Origin: Silvanigrellaceae bacterium
Lineage (GTDB): Bacteria; Bdellovibrionota_B; Oligoflexia; Silvanigrellales; Silvanigrellaceae
DNA: 10,263 nt
Direction: 5' to 3'
Assembly: GCA_049423385.1 (NCBI GenBank)
Contig: JBMSQQ010000109.1
Span: 1-10,263 of the forward strand
Translations under genes and position numbers: made by a program
The notes under the pieces: generated by a model
Databases searched by the model: none
What the model was told of the DNA's origin: nothing
Seen by the model: only the letters and a program-made list of their open reading frames with translations
Shown here: in pieces, positions 1-7,173 of the stretch
Numbering within the stretch: the first letter of the stretch is position 1
Layout: the number at the start of each line of letters is the position of its first letter

Positions 1-1
1 C

Positions 2-880
2 AAATTTTTTATTGGGCACCTCAACAATCCCTCGGTCTGCGACAAGGTGTTGCGCAGTTTGAAAATCACCGCAATCGCTCAGCCGGAACTCGCCGAATCG
101 CTTGAAAAAGCCAGCCAACACGCGGAAAACTCGAGTCTCAAGGATGACATTCTGGATTTGGCCCACAGGCTCAGGATTGGCCAAAGAGGCCAGGCCCCAC
201 TTTTACCTGCCGCTGAAGCCATTCGGGACATCGACAAACAGCTCGAGGGAAAGATTACCGATTATGCGCGCCTTGCAGATCCGGTCAAAGCCTCACTGCG
301 CAGCGCCGAGCTTCCACTCAGTCAGCCTGAACTTTTCGAGGGAACCGTCGACAAGTCGTCTTCCGTTGTCCAATACTGCAAGGCTATCGATCTCACGCTC
401 GAAACCGATTTTGGTCAACGGATACTGTTTCCGAAAATGGAACAACAACTTCACATTTTTCAGAACATTCTCCACCAGGCTGAACTCGACAATGAAAGCC
501 CGAATGTAAAGCTTTTGCTTCGTCATTTTCGAGCTGATCATGTGTTCGATTTGCACACCTTTCCGGCGACAAAGATGAGCATGGTCGCACGGAGCATTTT
601 GAATGGACGCATTTTACGCGAAAGAACGCAGATTATTGATGGCCTGAAGGCTTGGGCCGTCTTGCTGCTGATGTTCTCGGGTCATGAAAGGCTTTGGGGA
701 GCCACTGTGGCAAAGAAAGATCCCTTGCTTTTTCCCACACTGGCGCACAAACTCGTGGTTCTTCAGGACCTGCGCAATCCTGCCGCACACCGGCAGACCA
801 TGATGGCACTTGCTCCACTGAGTGAAATCCGCAAAGAAGTTTTCAACGTGTTTGCACTTATCAAAAAGGCTTTCGAATGA
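2..880 (+). CDS. 5'-truncated hypothetical protein, alpha-helical, with a C-terminal HEPN-like domain (LRNPAAH)
   Basis: The frame is open from base 2 (KFFIGHLNNPSVCDKVLRSLK...), so the real start lies upstream of the window. The C-terminal half has 'SSVVQYCKAIDLTLE' and 'LQDLRNPAAH' (R-x4-H at 773-790) followed by a terminal amphipathic helix, the usual HEPN layout. Stop TGA at 878-880. Confidence 0.7.
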   Translation, partial: KFFIGHLNNPSVCDKVLRSLKITAIAQPELAESLEKASQHAENSSLKDDILDLAHRLRIGQRGQAPLLPAAEAIRDIDKQLEGKITDYARLADPVKASLRSAELPLSQPELFEGTVDKSSSVVQYCKAIDLTLETDFGQRILFPKMEQQLHIFQNILHQAELDNESPNVKLLLRHFRADHVFDLHTFPATKMSMVARSILNGRILRERTQIIDGLKAWAVLLLMFSGHERLWGATVAKKDPLLFPTLAHKLVVLQDLRNPAAHRQTMMALAPLSEIRKEVFNVFALIKKAFE

Positions 881-1722
881 ACGGTTCAGAAACTGCACTG
901 CTGGCTGGCTTGAATCTGTCTGCCCCGCTGTTCAACGCTCCCTGGGGAGTCGTGACCGGAAAAAATCTGATGGACATCGGAACACTGGTTATTCTTGAGG
1001 GACTGTTGTCTTTCGACAATGCGCTTGCACTTGCAGCGACGGTCAAATCACGGCTCAAAGATCCCGTCGACCAGAAGCACGCACTCCGCTACGGGATTTG
1101 GGGGGCCTATGTTTTTCGAACACTGGTCATTTTCGTTGGTGTCACACTGATGAAAATCGAATGGGTCAAAGCCACCGCAGCGGCTTATCTCATCTGGCTT
1201 GCAGCGACCGAGCTCTGGCCAAAAGGCGAATCGGAAGACAAAGATGAAACCTTGCCGGATGCACATGAGCGGGGAATTTCAAAATATTTGAAACTCTCTC
1301 CGCTGTGGTCGACAATATTGGCTGTGGAACTGATGGACATCATGTTCTCCATCGATTCCATCGGAGTCGCGTTCGCAATCAGCAGCGAACCTTGGATTCT
1401 CGTTGCAGGTGCCATTCTCGGTATTTTGATGATGCGCTTTGCGGCCACCGTATTCATCAAGCTGATCGACCGATTCCCGATTCTTGTTAAAACCGCCTTC
1501 CTCCTGGTTGGGCTCGCTGGCCTCAACATGGTTCTCAAACTCAAGAATCTTCCTCTGGGTCCATTGGGCGAATTGACCATCGACAAGGAAATTCCAGAGC
1601 ACACCTTCACTTTCTTGCTGTCGGCCATCTTTTTTGGTGCGATGGGTTTGAACGCCTTGTTTCCACAGTGGTTCCACAAACCACATCCAACCCCGGCTCA
1701 ACCTTCCCTGAGCCAGGATTGA
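877..1722 (+). CDS. terC: TerC family integral membrane protein (YkoY/YceF-like, putative Mn/metal transport)
   Basis: Motifs 'LEGLLSFDNALALA', 'ALRYGIWGAYVFR', 'ELMDIMFSIDSI' and 'ILGILMMRFAA', with multiple hydrophobic helices. ATG at 877 overlaps the upstream TGA (ATGA); a later start at 970 (MDIG) is possible. Confidence 0.9.
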   Translation: MNGSETALLAGLNLSAPLFNAPWGVVTGKNLMDIGTLVILEGLLSFDNALALAATVKSRLKDPVDQKHALRYGIWGAYVFRTLVIFVGVTLMKIEWVKATAAAYLIWLAATELWPKGESEDKDETLPDAHERGISKYLKLSPLWSTILAVELMDIMFSIDSIGVAFAISSEPWILVAGAILGILMMRFAATVFIKLIDRFPILVKTAFLLVGLAGLNMVLKLKNLPLGPLGELTIDKEIPEHTFTFLLSAIFFGAMGLNALFPQWFHKPHPTPAQPSLSQD

Positions 1723-1729
1723 GCCCTCA

Positions 1730-1780
1730 AACGAACCTACAAAATTTGAAGCCATTAAACTTCAAATTTTGTAGGTCGTT
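1730..1780. repeat. Long AT-rich inverted repeat: perfect 17-bp arms with an 8-nt loop
   Basis: ACCTACAAAATTTGAAG (1735-1751) / CTTCAAATTTTGTAGGT (1760-1776). It extends by AACG/CGTT (1730-1733, 1777-1780) with a 1-nt bulge. There is no U-tract, so it may be a terminator, a stabilising hairpin or an activator site. Confidence 0.85.
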
Positions 1781-1824
1781 CAATTATTAAAAACATAACA
1801 CCTCATAACTTATCAAATATTAAC

Positions 1825-1840
1825 TTGGCACTGACATTGC
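1825..1840 (+). promoter_or_regulatory. Sigma-54 (RpoN) -24/-12 promoter
   Basis: TTGGCACTGACATTGC reads TGGCAC-N5-TTGC, with GG (1827-1828) and GC (1839-1840) separated by exactly 10 nt. It is intergenic and lies 35 nt upstream of the GTG start of the next gene. Confidence 0.75.
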
Positions 1841-1875
1841 GAAGAGTCGACTCAGAACAACCCAGGAGGTGTTTC

Positions 1876-2535
1876 GTGAAGACCTTTTTCGCAAGTTTTC
1901 TGTCCACAATCGCTTTTGCTGCCATGCTCCCCGTCGACCAGGCTCAAGCCGCTCCCAAGAAAACAACCCAGATCGAAGACAGCTCATTCGACAAGCATTG
2001 GTACCTGCGGATTCAGCAGCTCCCTTTTTTGGGAATGGCAGCTGTCAGCGACAACGGCGTGCTTGACCTCGAACTCATGCGTGCGATCAACGAAAATTTT
2101 CATATTGGTCCCACGACCGTGTTCCATTACGGCAAACAGGCCGACACCAAAATGAAGTCATTCAACCTTGGCGTCCGTGCCGACATGATTCTTCCGGACT
2201 TTGGAAACCTTGATGAAGTGTATGTGAGCACTTCACTGATGTTTGGCTATTACAGCACCAACAGCGTGCAATACACACGAACGACATACAACGGACCAGA
2301 AACCCTGACTTGCGATTACCAGACACAGGGTTTTCATCGCGTGGGCGCAATTGCTGTGGGTAAAATCTGGAGGCTTTCGGATGCGATTCATGTGACCACA
2401 GGTTTGGGCGCAGTCAAATCGAAAACATTCAATGGCACCATCACACGATCGGGATTCTGCGAAAATCGCGACATCCGCGATTCCGAGGGAACAGAGCTGC
2501 CATGGCTGGACTTCGGTGTTGGTTTCAAGATTTGA
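1876..2535 (+). CDS. Secreted protein, probable small outer-membrane beta-barrel
   Basis: AGGAGG ribosome-binding site at 1864-1869 before GTG 1876, preferred over the track's TTG 1825, which sits in the promoter. Signal peptide ends at AQA-A. Alternating amphipathic strands (FNLGVRADM, YVSTSLMFG, IHVTTGLG) and a C-terminal strand WLDFGVGFKI. Two Cys could form a loop disulfide. Confidence 0.7.
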   Translation: MKTFFASFLSTIAFAAMLPVDQAQAAPKKTTQIEDSSFDKHWYLRIQQLPFLGMAAVSDNGVLDLELMRAINENFHIGPTTVFHYGKQADTKMKSFNLGVRADMILPDFGNLDEVYVSTSLMFGYYSTNSVQYTRTTYNGPETLTCDYQTQGFHRVGAIAVGKIWRLSDAIHVTTGLGAVKSKTFNGTITRSGFCENRDIRDSEGTELPWLDFGVGFKI

Positions 2536-2549
2536 AACCAACTTTCAAA
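2518..2549. terminator. Hairpin at the convergent junction of the barrel gene and murJ, possible bidirectional terminator
   Basis: Perfect 11-bp stem GTTGGTTTCAA (2518-2528), loop GAT, TTGAAACCAAC (2532-2542). It contains the barrel stop codon and is followed by TTTC. Confidence 0.4.
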
Positions 2550-4221
2550 CCGCAGCACGCCTCAAAAGCTTCCTCTTCACTCTCGCCAAAGCGGCCTTGA
2601 GAGGCTGAGGGCCCAAAACGGAAATCAGGGCCACCGCCACGGTGGCCCAAATTGCTCCCAAAGCCGCCAACCAAAACAACGCTGTCGGCAACCGCCCCAT
2701 CCGCAAAATCTCCCAGACAAAAGACTCCGGACTCCAGACTTCCTGAGAAGCCGCAACACCCAAAAGACCAATCACAAATGCCAAAACCGCGAGGATGAGA
2801 ATTTGCGCTCTCAATCCTCGTCCAGGTTCGCCGTGCAACGCGGAAATCGGCAAACCTGTCCGGCGGGCGACTCTCCCCAGGAAAATCCAATTGAGTGAGA
2901 AATCAATCGTTGCAGAAATACTATTGGAAAGACCCAAACCGAGAATACCCAAGCGAGGTGCGAGCAGCGCACTGAGTGTTGCGTTGATTATCAAGTAGAT
3001 CGTCGCGTTGATCATCGAACGGCGAACATCGTTCAAAGCATAGAATCCCTGCATCAACACCTTGCTGCCCGAGTTGAACAACATCCCCATGGAATAGGCA
3101 CACACTGCAACTGCGTTTTGAACAGAATCTCCGGCTGTCACTTTACCGTGCTCAAGCAGTGCCACACAAAACGGAACGCCCATCAACGCAAAGGCGAGCA
3201 ACGACAACCACGACATCCAGAATGCACTCTGCAAACTGTCAGAAATCAGGAGCCCCATGCGGTCGGCATCACGTTCCTGCACGGCTTTGCTGAGTACCGG
3301 CAAACTTGCGAAACCCGCTGCAACACCAAAGAGACCAACAGGAACAAGAATAATCACCTGTGCGTTTGTGATGTAGGTTATGGCCCCCTCGCCGGCAGCG
3401 GTCGCAAAGTGGGTGTTCACGAACAACGCAAGTGAGAGAGCCCCCTGACTGACAGCCCGAGGCGCCATCATCAGCAACATGCTGCGCAGAGGGAGGCACG
3501 TCCACCAGGCCTGCGGCGACAGATTCGGGAGCGGAAAAACCCCGCTGCGCACCAGTGGCACGGCCTGGTACAGGAACTGAAACAAACCTCCGGCAAGCGT
3601 TCCCCACGCGAGTCCGAGGATGGGTTCGATTCCCCAGGTGGACGCAAAAGTTCCACCCAACAGTGCACCGGCGATTGTTCCGACGTTGAAAAAGGCCGAG
3701 GCGATGGTGGCACGGAAAGTTTGCCCACGTGTTCCCAAGAGACTCATGGCCAATGCAGAAATCATGGCAATCGGCAGATAGAAAACCAAAACCTTGAAAC
3801 ACTCGACTGCAAGGTAGAATCCGCCGCGCTGATGAAACGACGCAGAACTCACCGAATCAACAATCGGCTCGGCAAACCACCAGCCAGTGAACGAAATCAG
3901 CAAGGTCACGGACAAGAAAAAACCGGAGACCACAGAAACGAAGTGTCTCAGATTGACGTCACCCTTGCCCTCAGCTTCAACCACTTCCTTTGTGAACGCA
4001 GCCGAAAGCGCACCTTCGGCAAAAAGATCTCTCAAGACGGACGGAAATCGCAGGGCGACATTGAATGCGTCGAGCCGGGTGCTGGCACCAAAAACTGCGT
4101 TGACCACCTGTGACCTGAAAATTCCCGACAAACGGGACAGCAGCACGCCCAAAGACGCAAATGCAGTGCGCTTGGCAAGCGATGCACGGGCGTCGGATGA
4201 GTCCATCGAAGGTGAAGACAT
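2545..4221 (-). CDS. murJ: Lipid II flippase MurJ (MviN)
   Basis: Motifs 'LLSRLSGIFR', 'DAFNVALRFPSVLRDLFAEGALSAAF', 'FFNVG', 'GGLFQFLYQ', 'PVGLFGVA' and 'QGFYA'. Start uncertain: TTG 4257, ATG 4221 or ATG 4206. Confidence 0.93.
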   Translation of the reverse strand: MSSPSMDSSDARASLAKRTAFASLGVLLSRLSGIFRSQVVNAVFGASTRLDAFNVALRFPSVLRDLFAEGALSAAFTKEVVEAEGKGDVNLRHFVSVVSGFFLSVTLLISFTGWWFAEPIVDSVSSASFHQRGGFYLAVECFKVLVFYLPIAMISALAMSLLGTRGQTFRATIASAFFNVGTIAGALLGGTFASTWGIEPILGLAWGTLAGGLFQFLYQAVPLVRSGVFPLPNLSPQAWWTCLPLRSMLLMMAPRAVSQGALSLALFVNTHFATAAGEGAITYITNAQVIILVPVGLFGVAAGFASLPVLSKAVQERDADRMGLLISDSLQSAFWMSWLSLLAFALMGVPFCVALLEHGKVTAGDSVQNAVAVCAYSMGMLFNSGSKVLMQGFYALNDVRRSMINATIYLIINATLSALLAPRLGILGLGLSNSISATIDFSLNWIFLGRVARRTGLPISALHGEPGRGLRAQILILAVLAFVIGLLGVAASQEVWSPESFVWEILRMGRLPTALFWLAALGAIWATVAVALISVLGPQPLKAALARVKRKLLRRAAV

Positions 4222-4289
4222 GTGGTTTGTACTCGCGCGGTTGATCGTAGACTTCAAGTCCTCAGCTTACCGCATGTCGAGAAATTTCG

Positions 4290-5282
4290 TTAACGATTGA
4301 CCTGGCTGGGCAACAGGGATTTTCCAGCGATAAGGGCTGAGACATTCTCAAGCACCTTGTTTCCCATCGCCATTCGTGTCTCCACAGTTGCAGATCCCAA
4401 ATGCGGCAGGATGACCAGGTTGGGCACACCACGCAATACAGGACTGACAATCGGTTCACCGCAAAACACATCGAGCCCCGCCCCAAACAAATGCCCACAG
4501 CGCAAAGCATCCGCCAAGGCCTGTTCATCGACAACATCGCCACGAGCCGTGTTGATTACCATCGCACCTTTCTTCAACGACGAAATCCGTTGCCCATTCA
4601 ACCATTGCCGGGTTGCCGAAGTGAGCGGGCAGTGGAGTGACAGCACGTCCACGGAAGCCAGAAATTCGCTTTCCGGGAGTCGAGCGACACCATCATCGCG
4701 CGGCACACCGGGGCGCCACGATTCCAGTGCCACAACCTTCATGCCCAACACTTGAGCCCGCACTGCCACGCGCCGACCGATGTCTCCCCAACCGACAATC
4801 CCCAGGGTTTTTCCACCAAGATCAACACCCAGTCCATAGGTTGGCGACCAACCTGGAAAGCGGCCGTTCTGATGAACTTCCAGAGCACCAGGCCAAATTC
4901 TGCGGGCCACCATAAGCATCAATGCCAAAGTCAGATCGGCTGTGGCTTCACCCAGCACGTGGGGTGTGTTGGTCACACGAATGCCGATTTCCTTTGCCGC
5001 GAGGCCATCGATGTTGTTGTGCCCCACGGCATAGTTGGCAATGAGTTGAAGATGGGGAAGACGAGACTTCAACAAAGACAATTGCTCGCGACCGAGTTCA
5101 TCGGTGAGGAGACTGACAATCGCCACCGTGGCGAGACGCTGTTCGATGGAACATTGCGCAACACGTTCAGCCAAGGCATGACCATTTGGCAAAATCACAA
5201 AACGAACGTCTTGATCAACCAACTTTTGCAGGCCTGGCGCAATTCCAGGACACTCACAAGACATCAGGACAACCTGCGACAT
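4290..5282 (-). CDS. D-isomer-specific 2-hydroxyacid dehydrogenase (D-glycerate dehydrogenase/glyoxylate reductase-like)
   Basis: Motifs 'AVGHNNID', 'VTNTPHVL', Rossmann 'GIVGWGDIG', 'LHCPLT', 'INTARGDVVDE', 'GLDVF..EP' and 'PHLGSAT'. GAGG ribosome-binding site upstream. Ends a short distance upstream of murJ, so they are probably co-transcribed. Confidence 0.92.
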   Translation of the reverse strand: MSQVVLMSCECPGIAPGLQKLVDQDVRFVILPNGHALAERVAQCSIEQRLATVAIVSLLTDELGREQLSLLKSRLPHLQLIANYAVGHNNIDGLAAKEIGIRVTNTPHVLGEATADLTLALMLMVARRIWPGALEVHQNGRFPGWSPTYGLGVDLGGKTLGIVGWGDIGRRVAVRAQVLGMKVVALESWRPGVPRDDGVARLPESEFLASVDVLSLHCPLTSATRQWLNGQRISSLKKGAMVINTARGDVVDEQALADALRCGHLFGAGLDVFCGEPIVSPVLRGVPNLVILPHLGSATVETRMAMGNKVLENVSALIAGKSLLPSQVNR

Positions 5283-5511
5283 GTCTCAACAACCTCAATT
5301 TCAGAATGCTTCGTTGCACGGTTTGGTTAGTGCTTCATAAACTTGGGAAGCTTTTGATTAACATTTTAATCTATACCGACTTTTTTTCGACTGGTAATCT
5401 CCGGACATAACCGCCAAACAAGCTCACCTGACGAGCCCGCCAGCCCTTCTCTTTCTCACTGGCCATTCAGGACCCCATTTTGCGTCCGACAATGGTTCCC
5501 GTCCCGACACC

Positions 5512-5556
5512 GATTGCGCGCCCCGAAAAACAGGGCGCGTGATCCTGCCTTTTTTT
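5512..5556 (+). terminator. GC-rich hairpin with T-tract, intrinsic terminator-like
   Basis: GATTGCGCGCCC (5512-5523) / GGGCGCGTGATC (5533-5544) forms 12 bp including two G-U pairs on the + strand. It is followed by CTGCC and T7 (5550-5556). Confidence 0.45.
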
Positions 5557-5595
5557 CAGATTCAGAAAAATTGCAAATTTTTAATTTAAAAAAAA

Positions 5596-6429
5596 TCAGT
5601 TGAGCTCAAAAAGATCGAGCAACAAAACGACGCCCGCTTCCTCTTTCGACTCGGCAATCACGGGTTCTGTTTCCTGAAGGAATGCCATCAACTTTTCCTT
5701 GAGAACACCCATGGCCTCGCGCGAGATTCCGAGGAATGCAGTGTAATGCAGGTCCGATTGGGTTGTGCGTTCCAGCGCATCCAATGATTTGATGCGCCAG
5801 TTGGCATGATGACGCGCCACATGGCGTGAATGGCGACCAATGTGAATACGCCCCTTGCCAATCGACAACGTGCCGTCGGGGTCCATCACCACCAGATCGT
5901 TCTTGCGCAGCCATTCGACCACTTCAGAGATTTGTTGCTGAGGCAACCGCAAATGCGCGGCTATGGCCTTGATGGACTGGGTTCCCGGCAGAGCAGTCAG
6001 AATGTGGACCGCCCCGTAGACCCAGCTCGAATAGTAAATTGTCTGTGCTTCATCGGCCAGCTGTTCGTGAACACCAATGCGTTCCTGAACCTCTTCACGC
6101 TCACGCAGGATGGCTTGAATCTCGGTTCTGTAGAATTCTTCCAGCGCCTTGCTGCCCGCCCGGTCTGCATCAACGAGCAGCATGAAAAATCGCAGCTCAT
6201 CGTAGGGGAGTGAAAAGAACTCACCCACCCGCACGGCCTGTTCACGGCTCAAATGCGCGCGGCGAGACACCACCTGGGAGAGAAAAGAGGACTGAACCCC
6301 CAAGAACTTTGCCAATGCTGCCTGGCTACCACGGGACTGAGGCATAGCCTTCAGCCTGGCATTCAAAAACTGCACGTAGTCGGTGTGATCATAAACGATC
6401 GACGATGTGTTCCCAGACGAATCCAGCAC
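5596..6429 (-). CDS. TIGR02147/DUF4423-like protein with N-terminal XRE-type HTH, putative regulator
   Basis: N-terminal 'DYVQFL...AALAKFLGVQSSFLSQVVSRRAHLS' HTH, central 'YYSSWVYGAVHIL', a second winged-helix-like segment, 'ARHHANWR' and C-terminal 'LLLDLFEL'. This pattern is recalled from the paralogous family expanded in Bdellovibrionota and Fibrobacter. Confidence 0.8.
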   Translation of the reverse strand: MLDSSGNTSSIVYDHTDYVQFLNARLKAMPQSRGSQAALAKFLGVQSSFLSQVVSRRAHLSREQAVRVGEFFSLPYDELRFFMLLVDADRAGSKALEEFYRTEIQAILREREEVQERIGVHEQLADEAQTIYYSSWVYGAVHILTALPGTQSIKAIAAHLRLPQQQISEVVEWLRKNDLVVMDPDGTLSIGKGRIHIGRHSRHVARHHANWRIKSLDALERTTQSDLHYTAFLGISREAMGVLKEKLMAFLQETEPVIAESKEEAGVVLLLDLFELN

Positions 6430-6514
6430 AGCAAATTTCCACGACCAAATCTTGAAACATTATCTCTATCGCATTAAAAACCACGGCACGACCCTTTAGT
6501 CAATGGACGGGCCC

Positions 6515-7162
6515 ATGAGAAGAACTTTGAATCTGATTGCTGCGATCTGCACCATTTTGTGCGCTGCACTCCCCACTTTTGCAACTGCCGGAGTCGGAAC
6601 CAGCGGAGGCGGACACGTGGTTGTCTGCACGGGACGCAGTGCCGACGCCTTGGGCTACGTCACACTTCTTGATCTCTACGAAGCGCAACGGGTCCTGAAC
6701 CTGACCCTCCGTGCGTCACGGGTCTCGCTTGAGGCTGAGCTTGAACTGCTTGCAAATCAATTGCAGGTCGTGTTCGGCAGCCTAAACGGTGTGGCCCAAC
6801 CCATTTCGGCAGATTCCCTTTTGGAATGGTGGGAGAGCCGTGTGCAGTACATCCCCGGATTGCGCACCCACACCAGCGATTTTGGCGAAGTCCCGGCCCT
6901 GCCAGTGGGCTGTGCACTCGAACAAATTGCGGTTTATGACGACAAACACGACGTTCTGCAGGTCAATATGAACCTGTGGGATAGCCTGGATGATTTCAAC
7001 AAGGCAGCCCTCATCGCCCACGAAATCATCTACCGCGAACGCCGTCTCACCGACCGGGAATCTTCGTCGCAAATTTCCCGGTTTCTCGTCGGCCGAATTT
7101 TTTCAACGCTCGAATTGTCGGACTCAAGAACAATGCTGGTTGATTATCGGCAGAACCACTGA
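6515..7162 (+). CDS. Secreted hypothetical protein with GxxxGGG..C N-terminus and HExxY motif
   Basis: Signal peptide MRRTLNLIAAICTILCAALPTFATA. The mature part begins GVGTSGGGHVVVC, followed by LLDLYEA, 'LPVGCALEQIA' and 'AALIAHEIIY'. Alternative ATG at 6503. Confidence 0.75.
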   Translation: MRRTLNLIAAICTILCAALPTFATAGVGTSGGGHVVVCTGRSADALGYVTLLDLYEAQRVLNLTLRASRVSLEAELELLANQLQVVFGSLNGVAQPISADSLLEWWESRVQYIPGLRTHTSDFGEVPALPVGCALEQIAVYDDKHDVLQVNMNLWDSLDDFNKAALIAHEIIYRERRLTDRESSSQISRFLVGRIFSTLELSDSRTMLVDYRQNH

Positions 7163-7173
7163 GACGAACCTCC

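Noticed and set aside
1724..1785. Palindrome as an integron attC site or IS end
   Set aside because: It lacks RYYYAAC/GTTRRRY cores (CTCAAAC/GTTCAAT), occurs once, and no integrase or transposase is in the window.
1825..1875. TTG start at 1825 for the barrel gene
   Set aside because: It falls inside the sigma-54 promoter element. GTG 1876 has a strong AGGAGG and gives a clean signal peptide.
5566..5582. AAAAATT-GCA-AATTTTT palindrome
   Set aside because: Low-complexity A/T tract where such symmetry is expected by chance.
5283..5595. Known riboswitch, tRNA, SRP RNA or a small peptide ORF in the long intergenic gap
   Set aside because: No consensus elements recognised by eye. The roughly 31-codon minus-strand ORF (MASEKEKGW...) lacks a convincing ribosome-binding site.
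6484..6498. Second sigma-54 promoter (CGGCACG...)
   Set aside because: The -12 position reads TTTA instead of TTGC.
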